64,000 bases of DNA, from NCBI GenBank assembly GCA_964016885.1, contig OZ024743.1:109988001-110052000 (forward strand), written 5' to 3'. The notes under the pieces were generated by a model. The model searched no databases. It had not been told where the DNA came from and was given only the letters and a program-made list of their open reading frames with translations. Position numbers and translations under genes: made by a program. Of the stretch, positions 53,440 to 64,000 are shown piece after piece (the stretch's first letter is position 1; each line of letters opens with the position of its first letter). The DNA comes from Eledone cirrhosa. Its lineage: Eukaryota.

Positions 53440-53487
53440 CGATATTAAATAAATGGAAACTATATTTATAAAACAATATTTATTTCA

Positions 53488-53540
53488 TTATATATATTTC
53501 AGGGATATCATATTAAAAATATGGCATGCCTTCATCAGAC
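53488..53540 (-). ncRNA. Candidate minimal (Penelope-type) hammerhead ribozyme remnant
   Basis: Minus strand: gtCTGATGAaggcatgccatatttttaatatgatatccctGAAAtatatataa; stem II closed by agg/cct; palindromic AT-rich stem III; stem I not evident. Confidence 0.4.
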
Positions 53541-53573
53541 AAAATACAATATAAACAGTCTTATAAATAGATA

Positions 53574-53656
53574 GATTTGACATACCTTACAACTTCAACT
53601 TCCATTTAAAAAGTTGATTTTTAAATGGAAGTTGAAGTTGTAAGGTATGTCAAATC
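53574..53656. repeat. Perfect 39-bp inverted repeat with 5-nt spacer
   Basis: gatttgacataccttacaacttcaacttccatttaaaaa-gttga-exact reverse complement. Confidence 0.95.
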
Positions 53657-53819
53657 GTTGTAACCCAACAATTTAAATAAAACTTTGCATATATATATAT
53701 ATATATATGTATATATGGGTTATATCGAACAGTAATATTAATGTTTGATTCGTATGTAAACAAACGGCCCGATTAAAGCAGTGCCGTACCGATGTCAAAT
53801 CCTAATAGAACAATTTTGT

Positions 53820-55080
53820 ATTCCTTTTGTTTTTCTATCGTATTTGAGGTTCCCCCGTTTTCACTTAAGAATCAGGAGGAACTTGTGTCTGGGGGTTAGG
53901 CGTCAGGGGGCAGGTGGAGTATATTTACGGCTGTGTGATTTTTTTTGTTGGGGAGGGGGTTATGATTGTATGTTTTCAGGAGTGGGAGTGGGAGGTCTTT
54001 CATCATTTTCTCCTGGGTCGGATTTGATGTTGGTGGTGCTTACGGCACCACCGGTTTTGGTGGTTATGGGGTAGTTTGTCCATGCTTCGGTGTTGGCAAA
54101 CATGGAGGTTTGCAGGCCTCTGCGTTTGTGAGCTAGCAGTAAAAACGCTCATATGTGTGTAGCTCTGCAGCAGACGATTCAATGCATCCTTTTGCTCTGA
54201 AGTGACCACTTGTATACCCGTCCCATTTTGTAAGCGGAGGTTTAATAGTATTTTGTATTTCATATCTTCTGATTTGATTCGGTGAAGGATCACCAAATCC
54301 CCCTCAGACAAATATTTTCTAGATGTGTTTGTGTACTCTTTACGCGATGCATCCGTACCCCCTGGATCACTCAGCCCAGGGTCCACTACAAGTCCAGTCC
54401 TATTGGTATCCCGGGAATGCAGACTCGGACTGCAATTCTGCCCATGTAGACCTCATACATCGCCACTTTGTTCTTCCTCAGGGTCCACAGAATGTTTCAG
54501 AGTAAGGGCTTCAGACTTAAACATCACCAAGAATGTGCCTAATTGCTTGGCCCTCGCATTGAACTCAATGTCACATTGGATGCACTTAGTGCGGCCTCAT
54601 CTGTTAGGTCCATTTGAAAACGTCATTTTCGTAACTGCTTCTGCAGAAAATATGTTATTCTTAGTTGGGTCATTGTTTATTTTCGTGTTGTTCATTTTGT
54701 TGTTGTTCACGTTGTTTTTACAGCCGTTACTGCTGCTGGTTATGCCGTTCTTCGAATTATTGTTGCTGATTTGTTGTCGATGCTGTTGCTGTTGTTTTTG
54801 TCAGTGCTATCATTATAGATGCTCATGTGACTGTAGTTGTTTATGACGTATAACGTATTTTGGTTTTGGTGTGGTGGTTGGCATGGTATTAATGTCACTG
54901 TTGCTTATGTTGCTATTGTTTCTTTTCACTGTTTCTCATCTGGTAGTTGTAAGAGTGTTCAGTGTTGGTGGCCAGTGTGTTCTTTGAAGAAAGACAGAGT
55001 TAATGAGAGGAAGAATATGTTGACATGTCGTTTGCTTTTTGCCTTTGTAAAGCAAACATCTTTTTGTTTTTTGTCGTAAT
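53820..55080 (-). mobile_element. Tx1-like ORF1 remnant
   Basis: ORF 54003..54386 LRLQNGTGIQVV...THM.VF parallels FARLQDGTTIQLI...THLRAF of copy 2; same low-complexity flanks. Confidence 0.6.
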
Positions 55081-55234
55081 TCCTACCTTAGAGGGCAGAA
55101 ATGAAGAATAATGCTTGGCAAACCCTTATAAGGAGGGGTTATTTTTGAAGTCACAATTATCAAATTGCGTAATTTTAGAATACCAAAATGGGTTTGAGAT
55201 ATAGAAAGAATAATGCACGTGCTATAGTTGTATC

Positions 55235-55395
55235 TTGGTTTCGTACTAGGACAACATGTTGAAAAGGAATGTCGATTAATAGAACCCAGTATGTTCTGGT
55301 GCTTTATTTTATTGTCCCCGTGAGGATGAAAAACAAAGCTAACGTCACTGGGATTTGAACTCAGAATGAAACGGGCCGTAAATCTATACCCTTCT
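55235..55395 (-). mobile_element. Diverged SINE
   Basis: cccagtatgttctggtgctttatttt...aggatgaaaaacaaag...gggatttgaactcag. Confidence 0.7.
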
Positions 55396-56770
55396 GGCAA
55401 TACTGTGAGGAAAGGACTTCCTAATACCTTTGCAGGCACCAAGAGACATAAGTACTGTCATAAAATCCTCCAGAACTTGAAATGTGCTGGTGGCGAATAT
55501 TTCCCCCATCTTTTCTATGTCTCGCCTTCGTGCTACCAGATCCATGAAATCCTTGTCGACTCATCCTACTAGCATGAAGTTGTGTGTATTGTTTTGTTCT
55601 TGTTTGTTGTGTGTGAGGTGTCTGCATTTTCTGATGTGTGTGTGTGTGATATGTGGAGTATGTGCCTCATCTTTTTTTTAGCTCTTTTGGGTTTGCCTCA
55701 ACATTGCTACTGGAAGACGAGGCATCACTTTCTCGACACAAGTTAATGTTTGTGTTTACATTTGTGTTTGTGTTTAAGTCAATGTTTATATTTTTTGCGG
55801 GAAGAGATTAACCTGTGGTCTCCGCCCCTGTGTCTTCAGCAAGAGAGTCTTGCGGCTCCCTGCAGTTTTGAGCTGAGGTCAGAAGGCTTGCTAATGTGTC
55901 GTTTCTCCGTAGTTAAATGTGTGTCTTGACGACACTGATAATTTAGATTGATATGCCGTTTTAGAGACGGATCTAAAAGAATCCCGATTCTTTTAGATCC
56001 TCTTGTTTGACCTCCCTGGCTGTTCGTGTAGCTTCGACCTGCACGACCTTTCCCCTTCCTCATTCATACATCCCACGAGCCACCACAAGTCCAGTCCTAG
56101 TGAATTTCTGGGAATGCGGATTCGAATTGTTATTTTTCCTATGTTGGTTTTGCAGGGAAGCTCGGAGTATTTCATAGCGAAAGACTCAATCTTAAACATT
56201 ACCGATTGTACCGCATTGTTTGCTCCTCGTAATGTACTCAATGTCCTCTGGACCAACTTTTCTCTTATCTTTTTCAGTGAGGTCTATGCTAAATACTGTT
56301 TGCTTTGTTCTTTTTGCTGTTGTTGTTGCTGCTCACTTTGTTATTGGTATTGTCGTTGCTGTTATTGACTTCCATGTTGTCGTCGTTGTTTATATTTCAC
56401 TTTATCCTGTTCTTGTTGTTTGGTGTTGTTGTTTATCATTCTATTGTTGTTCTTGGTAAAGTTGTTGTTGGTGTGGTATTTAATTTCTTTGTTTTTCTAG
56501 GTGCTACTGGAGTTGTTGTCGCTCTCGCATTTGGTGTTGGTTTTGTTGTCATGTATTCTGCTATACCTGGGGCTGTCGGTGTTGTTGTTATCGTTCTTAA
56601 AGTTGTGGGTGGTGTTTGTCTGGTTGACCTTGTCGTTGCATGCTGTGTTTGTATTTATCCTGTTTTTTTAATGTTATTTGTAGAGAGAGAGCCATCATCC
56701 TTCAATATTTGCAACGACAGAAGGCTCAAAATAAATTTATATTTGGGCCAAAAAGCTCGAATTTTATAAA
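55396..56770 (-). mobile_element. Tx1-like 5' UTR and ORF1 remnant (no ORF2)
   Basis: IGKITIRIRIP....G.DLWWLVG...EEG matches MGKRTVKVRIP..PPGMNIWCLLG..IEEG; C-terminal GEIFATSTFQV.E.F...IRKSFP matches copy 2. Confidence 0.7.
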
Positions 56771-56794
56771 ATATATTTCTCAAACTGAATCATT

Positions 56795-57270
56795 GATTTC
56801 AATGAAAACCAGAGTAGTTGAAGGAAAACAGACGGGAGAATGTGATGTAGGATCTCAGGATACAAACTTTTAAATAATTTGAACACAATAAGCCTGTTCT
56901 TGTGGTTAATATAACAGAAAGAAAACATCTTTATTATAGATGTAGATTGCCCCTTTGACACGAGTGTGCAAGAAAAGGAGGACAAACTTAACCGGTACCA
57001 GGATCTAAATTGGGAACTGAAAACTATTTCGGAAATCTCATGAGAAGAAGGGCGCCCTCATCGTCATAGGACCATTGTGCATTATCGGGAAAAAGTTTCC
57101 AAGGCTGGTTAAAGGACATTAGCCCAACTCCGTGTTTTGGAACGGCAACACCATCCGATAAGTTCTGAATATCTGAGGCTGCTTGTAGGGGTTGATGTAC
57201 ATTTTGGCAAGTTTTCCCGTTAACTAAAATCAATGGCTGTGATATGAAATTCATAAAATATAAATAATAA
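56795..57270 (+). mobile_element. Old R4-like family A 3' remnant
   Basis: Diverged match: aggatacaaac, gatgtagattgcccctttgacacgagtgtgcaaga, ctgaatatctgaggctgc; aataataa tail. Confidence 0.75.
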
Positions 57271-58267
57271 TGGTTTCTTTATTAGCCATACAGGGCTTAA
57301 ATTATGAGGACAATGAAGATGTTACAGGGCATGACAACATCACAACATCCGAACTCCGAAAGTATGGACATGTGGTTATAATGTTTAAGCAAAGCATTGC
57401 TAAACAAATTTTACGGTCAACGTAGAGAAATTTAGTTGGTCCACTGTAAGCTTGGTATGTCGTTGATCGATCAATCCTGCTGCTTTGTCGCTGTTTGCTT
57501 CTCAAAATACCGATAAAGACATAAGAACCCTGACGAATAACAGAAACTATATATATATACAGGCACATATGCCGATTTTCAACGATTCTCTGAATACATT
57601 AACATGCGTGTACGTATATTCATAAAGAAGTTGCATATATGATTTGATGTTTTCGTGTACGGGTGAATATGTATGCGGGTATGCAAACCTTTTATATAAA
57701 AGAGAGTACGCACAATTTCTCGGAGAAAATATGTTAAATACTATCGTGCAGTGTGGAACAATGAATTATTTAATAAAATAAATTTCACAGGTCATTTATG
57801 TAACGCTTCGAAACACGTGCAATACTTTCCAGCGTTCATTAAATGATTCATTAAATATCAACACAAGTAACTTGTTTTTCTATTAACTCGCTTATATGAA
57901 AACTCCGTGGATTACACACGGATTGCATCAACTTACTCGATATCAGAAATGACATTACTAAACAAACCTGTACGTCTTCTTATCATTTTCTACATGCACA
58001 TCCAAACTACAATACAACAATAGGAAATTACCGCAAAAAGCTAATACGTGTATTATACAAATATACGTATATAATTACTATGTAATTATATTATATACAA
58101 ATGTATAAATATATATAATTAATAGATTCCCGAAGTGAATAGGAAGGTGACAACATTTAAAGATGCGTACTATATACATTAGTAGAGTATAATCATCTTT
58201 ATTTTATATAGGAATATATTCTACACCTTTTGTACTCTTTCCTGAATGAAACAACGCATGCTACCTC

Positions 58268-58271
58268 TTTT

Positions 58272-58342
<71 letters not shown>

Positions 58343-58350
58343 TACACACA

Positions 58351-58418
<68 letters not shown>
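58268..58418. repeat. (CT)n-(CA)n-(AT)n compound microsatellite
   Basis: Direct reading. Confidence 0.95.
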
Positions 58419-58419
<1 letters not shown>

Positions 58420-58806
58420 CTGACCAATATTTTATGTGGAATAACATTTTTATTCTATAAAATACAAGTAATTCCTGACTATAGAATAGGAATTTGTCAC
58501 ACACATATTTAAACACATATATATACTTTCAAATAAATTAACTTGTTGCATGTAATATTTATATCCTCCTATTATTCCATATCTTCCGACCACTTCTCTT
58601 TATATTATTACTATTTCTCTCTTTCACCTTTCTTTTTTCTCGGTTTTAAACGTGAATTCTCTAAAATAATCACTGGACTTAATCTTTAAAGAAATTAAAG
58701 ATTTCAAATCTGACAAAAGGAATTACATTGTCCACGAATGTAAGTAGGTTTTATTGATATGTTATTATTAATTATCTTTTGTTTATGATCATTTCTGTTG
58801 TTGTTG

Positions 58807-58858
<52 letters not shown>

Positions 58859-58860
<2 letters not shown>

Positions 58861-59563
58861 TGTAGGATATGTGGAGAGAGACAGAGAGAGAGAGAGGAGA
58901 CTGTGGCTCACATTGTATCCGAGTGTAAACACCTAGCCCAGACTCACTATAAAGGCTGGATAAATGTTGTGATGGACAGGGGGATCCACTGGCACCTATG
59001 CAAAGTAAACAATTTACCACATTCTGAGAAGTGGTATGAGCATAAGCCAAAGTCGTTGATGGAAAACGATCAGGTGAAGTTGCTATGAGATTTTAGGATA
59101 CAGACGGACAAGAAAACTGGAACACAATAGAATTAACCCTGTGGTTTTGGACAAGGAAAAAAGATCGTGCCTGATTGTGGATGTGGCCTGCCCATTCGAC
59201 GTGAGAGTGCCAGAGAAGGAGAGGGAGAAAATTAACCGATACCAGGACTTAAAGTGGGAGGTAAAAAGGATTTGGAACTGCCATGAGGTCAAAGTGGTCC
59301 CGATTGTCATAGGCGCACTAACTAGGTACTATCTCAAAGAGTTTCCACGGATGGTTAAAGGAAATTGGTCCCGCCCCACTTTTTGGATCACTTCAAAAGG
59401 CATGCTTGCTGGGAACAGCAAGAACACTCCGATACGTCCTGAATATCTGAGGCTGCAGGTAGTGACTTGCTATTAATTTCAACAAACTTTCCAGTTAAAT
59501 AACATTAATGACTGAAACTCAAAGAACAATAATAATTATAATAATAATAATAATAATAATAAT
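58859..59563 (+). mobile_element. R4-like family A 3' fragment (CCHC and RLE), flanked by (AAT)n on both sides
   Basis: [24 protein letters not shown]; AAT tracts at 58808-58859 and 59527-59563. Confidence 0.92.
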
Positions 59564-60485
59564 TGTTGGGGTTTTTTCTGCTGTTTGTTTGTTTGTTTAT
59601 TTGTGTTCGTCTACAGCGCGATAATGCCACACAAGAGCCACGTGGAGTGACACAACCACCGGAGGCGGTGAATCCACCGGTGGTTATGTAACCATACATT
59701 CGCCAATCCTCGATAAGCGTGTTTAAACGTCGAAGCTAAACAGTTCGAATAACGGTGAAATGGAGACTAGAACATCATGTGACAGAATCTCACCCAACAG
59801 GTGCTGCCTGGCTCAGCAGCAGGGACCTGGCTGTCAATCAAATACTGCTGGTGTCGGAGGAAGAAGAAGAAGGAAAGGGACCAGAACCAACTGGACGAAA
59901 TAATTGAATAGAACTGTTATGCAATGTTACCTGAAAAGTAACCCCAAGGTGAGGGGCTATAGGGAACGGATGCATAAAATCTTGAACGAGATTGGTCTAT
60001 TTGAGCATAAGCCAGAGTCGGTGATGGAAAACAATCAGGTGAAGGTGCTGTGGGATTTAAGGATACAGACGGACAAGAACATGGAACAATAGACTTGACC
60101 AGGTGGTTTTGGACGAGGGAAACAAATCGTGCCTGATTGTGGATGTAGCCTGCCCATTCGACACGAGAGTGCAAGAGAAGGAGAGGGAGAAAATTAACCG
60201 ATACCAGGACTTAAAGTGTGAGGTAAAAAGGATTTGGAACTGCCATGAGGTCAAAGTGGTCCCGATTGGTACTATCGCTAAGAGCTTCCAAGAATGGTTA
60301 ATGAAAATTGGTCCCGCCCCGCTTTTTGGAACACTTCAAAAGGCATGCTTGCTGGGAACAGCAAGAACCCTCCGATACGTCCTGAATATCTGAGGCTGCA
60401 GGTAGTGGCTTGATATTCATTTCAACAAACATTCCAATTAAATAACACCAGTGACTGAGACTCAAAACAATAATATTAATAATGT
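59564..60485 (+). mobile_element. Internally deleted R4-like family A element: 5' UTR and ORF N-terminus fused to the RLE/3' end
   Basis: ATG at 59760; RTNWTK.LNRTVMQCY..S.P..RGYRERM (R4/Dong N-terminus) joins at about 60002 to EHKPESVMENNQVKVLWD. Confidence 0.82.
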
Positions 60486-60494
60486 TAATTTAAT

Positions 60495-60729
<235 letters not shown>

Positions 60730-63700
60730 GAATGCTATGGTTGACGGAGGCTCGGCTCTGTAAGGTATTGTAAATTTTGATCGCTATAACAATTGTAAAT
60801 TGTTTAAAACTTTAACCAACTTGTAGACAAAACACCCTCCTCCTCGTGAGAGGGGTCGTTCTGCCCGTTATTTAGCCCTTCGGGGTTAAATAACCGCTTA
60901 TTGGGGTTTTGTGCCCAATATTTATTTTAAACAAGAAAAAAAACATGGCTACGAAAAAGAATTTTCATAGGTCACTTCCACTCATTCCGTCTTCTTCTTC
61001 CTCAATCTTCACTACAGCAGAGAGAAGAATGTCTCTCTTCCTCCCTTCTCTTTCACAAGCGACGCCAGAAAAGAAAAAATCACGTGCAAAGCGTGCAATA
61101 TTTCTCCACGACGACGACGACAACGACGAAAAAGGTGTGCGGGAAAAACGAAAACCCATTTCATTCGTCTGACGTCAGGAATAATAGCAGTAGCAGCCGT
61201 AATAACAGCAGCAGCAGCAGCTGTGACAAGGAAAACAACAGTAGCAGCCGCAACAGCATCAGCAGCAGCATAAACAACAACAGCATTAGCAGCAACAACA
61301 ACAGCAGCAGCAGCATCAACAACAACAACACACCACAGCAACAGCGGCGTCGGCAGTAGTCGTAGTACCAGCAGCAACAACAAAAGTAACAGCAGCTCTG
61401 ACAACAACAACAACAACAACAACAGCAGCAAAGAAAAACCATCTCGTTCGCAGGTATCGCAAAGAACCTGGAAACCATCCTCTTAACAAACGAGGAATTA
61501 GAGGAAGCGAAGAAGATGGTGACAAAAACCGGACACCGAGCAATCTGCAAGGCAGCCGAAACATTTTTCGAAACCCAAAAGCACTACGGTCACATACCGT
61601 ACAGTAAGCACAAAATCCCGTAGGGTTGAAAGAGTCACAGAGGCTCAAGTACAAAAACCCTTAGGGTCTGCGTGGCAGCGGAAAACGCACATCACCCGAA
61701 TGCAAGAATTATGCCACCGTAGACGTACTTTTTGCCACACCCCAGGAGGCAAAGGCTCAATCATTAGTGACCCTAAGGAGCGAGGAAATGGTGTTGGTGC
61801 CCTCTTACTGCGGGCAAAAAATTGTGAGGGTCAAACTGACCCACGCCCCCCCACCCCCCGGGATGGCCCCTTCTTGTCTGGCCGCGTCTGTCCTCGTTGG
61901 ATTCGAGGACAAAAAAATGTACTGCAAGTAGAGAAAAAAGTAAGAGGAGATTGGGCCGGCACGTTCATTGAGATGTTAATCCAAACCAACCACCGGTGCA
62001 TCGAAGCTATCCCGGATGTGATAGACTTCGATAACGGCACTCAACTGCCCATAAGTGTTGAGGGCAAACGCCCGAAATGCTTTCGCTGTGGATCGAAGAC
62101 TCACCTCAGTCCCTTCTGCAACGAGAAGACCCTGAGAAAGGAGGAAACCCCCCTCCTTCCGAAATCGGCTCCACGGCTACCAGCAACAGGACAAGCGGCA
62201 ACCAGGAACGATAGGTCCGTGGCACCCATACCCACGCCACGGAAATCAAAAACAGCAGCAGCAGCAGTGGAAATATTAACAACGACAACAGCAATACCAA
62301 ATGCAGCTGCAACAGAGACTCCAGTGCAAACATCACCAACAACAACAAGTGAAAGAGTGGAGTTGGTACCCCTCCCCGACCTCACAGAATCAGACATGGA
62401 GTGTGAGGTGGGAGAGAGATGGCAAAAGGTCGTAAGAAGGCACAAACGCAGAAGCAGCGCATCGTCGCCTTCGAAAAGGGAGGAAAGAAATGAAAAAAGG
62501 GTAAAGGCTACTGCAAAGAGACTCACAGCAACAACACCACCAACACCATCACCACCGGCGACAACCCCACCGCCAACAACAACAACACCTTCAACACCAC
62601 CACCACAAGCACCAACATCGCAAACACAACAACAAAACACACACCCCCAGCAACAACGACAATAAAATAGCAGAACCACACTCCACCCCCAGAAAAACAA
62701 ATGCACGGCAATAAAACACACGACAAGAAGCTAATGACTTACATAATTGAACACACAGACATTTCACAGCACGACTACATAATACCAGCACCAATCAAAA
62801 CGCCAACTAACATAAGACTAATAAAAATAGCACAGAAACAATACACAAACACTAAAACGAAATTCCCCAACACAGTTGGTGATTTCAGAGACATAGGAGG
62901 GACTCTCAGGTCACTAAACATAGTTGTAGGGGCCATCAGCGAGACCAGAATCTCCGAAGCACGGGCCTTCGCACCGATCTTCGGCGGCTACGATGTGTAC
63001 GCATCTCCCAGCCGTCCGGGATCGGGGGAGGAGTTGCTGTGCTTTTTCGGAGAGGTTTGGATCTCGCCATACGGGCCATCTTCCTGGACGCAGAAGGTAA
63101 GTTGGTGCTGCTAGACGTGATCAGCGGAGACAGGCAAGCTTTCAGGCTAGTGGCCGTCTATGCCCCGACAGGAGCAGGGCGGCCTGATTTCTTCCGGCGT
63201 CTGGAGAACTTTCTAGGAACGTCCCGCTCTTTAGTGTTAGTGGGCGACTGGAACGGGATCTTAGATGCACGCTGGGACTGTGTGGGATTAGCGGATAGGG
63301 GTGGAGGGTGCAAGAGCCTCACCAACCTGCTCAGGCGTGTTGAACTGTCTGACAGGTACCGATTGGATTTCCCGAATGTACCAATGTGGACTTGGACAAA
63401 TCATATAGAGTCATCCATATCATATCTAGATAGAGTATTTTGTAGAGAAATAGATAGGTCTAGCATAGGCTGTCCACAATTCAAGATAGTCAGCTACACG
63501 GACCACAAATTCGTGATCTGTGTACTTGACTTAGATAGGCTTCATAGACGAGGACCCGGCTACTGGGAGCCAAACGCGTCCTTACCAGCGCGCAAGCCCT
63601 ACAGAGATCGGATTAGCGAACTAGTTAAGCGGGCGCTGACGGGGGACATCGTCAACAACAAGTGGTGGTTTGCTCTGAAAAGAGCAATTAGAATAGAGTC

Positions 63701-64000
63701 CATTAGGTTTAGTAAAACTTTAGCAATAGAGAAAAATAGAGCAGAGGGAGAACTAGTTAGAAAATTAGATGAGGCGCTTAGCAAAGGCATCGCGACCGAC
63801 GTGCTTGCGGCGAAGTTGGCCCTTGACCAATTCTTCAATGCAAAGCACGAAGGCTGCGTTGTCAGAGCTAGGGTGCGTGCTCTCAGACACGAGGGGACGA
63901 AAGCCGTTCAATGGGCCCGAGTGGCGGAGGCGCGTCGTGGCAACAAAGCCACGATCCGGTCTTTGGTGGACCACGACGGGCGCATGCTACTCGATCCCGG
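60730..64000 (+). mobile_element. Tx1/L1-like LINE, copy 3 (5' end, ORF1 and APE part of ORF2; continues beyond the window)
   Basis: ORF1 ATG at 60945, SFAGIAK, zinc knuckle CFRCGSKTHLSPFC; ORF2 AVYAP, GDWN, YLDR, DHK; ORF2 nucleotides closely match copy 1. Confidence 0.9.

Noticed and set aside
60833-60860. tcctcgt loop resembling an HDV ribozyme L3 in the Tx1 5' UTR
   Set aside because: No matching P1 or P2 partner was found; a simple hairpin explains it.

Overview
AT-rich, microsatellite-dense eukaryotic DNA made almost entirely of non-LTR retrotransposon debris. The SINE type and the microsatellite load suggest an octopus or other coleoid cephalopod (inference). No intact host gene is evident; there are only weak candidate + strand exons. 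Contents: (i) at least three families of R4/Dong-like RLE LINEs (RT + CCHC + PD-(D/E)xK), all on + and mostly with (AAT)n tails, including a head-to-tail array of four 5'-truncated copies at 8.2-15.8 kb; (ii) Tx1/L1-like two-ORF APE LINEs (near-complete at 2.4-8.15 kb, 3'-deleted at 42.9-47.5 kb, running off the window from 60.7 kb, plus ORF1 and 3'-end remnants), whose ends sit in the same repeat read as (TTA)n, opposite to the R4 elements; (iii) about 10 copies of a tRNA-derived SINE whose last 22 nt resemble the Tx1 3' end; (iv) RTE, CRE and Penelope-like remnants; (v) several fold-back inverted repeats beside (AT)n tracts, some with hammerhead-like cores. The most notable signals are the shared (TAA/TTA)n landing pad, the possible Tx1-SINE partnership, structured 5' UTR motifs in the R4-like and Tx1-like LINEs, and an unassigned conserved C-terminal domain in Tx1 ORF1. 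All alignments and base pairings were done by eye; no searches were run.
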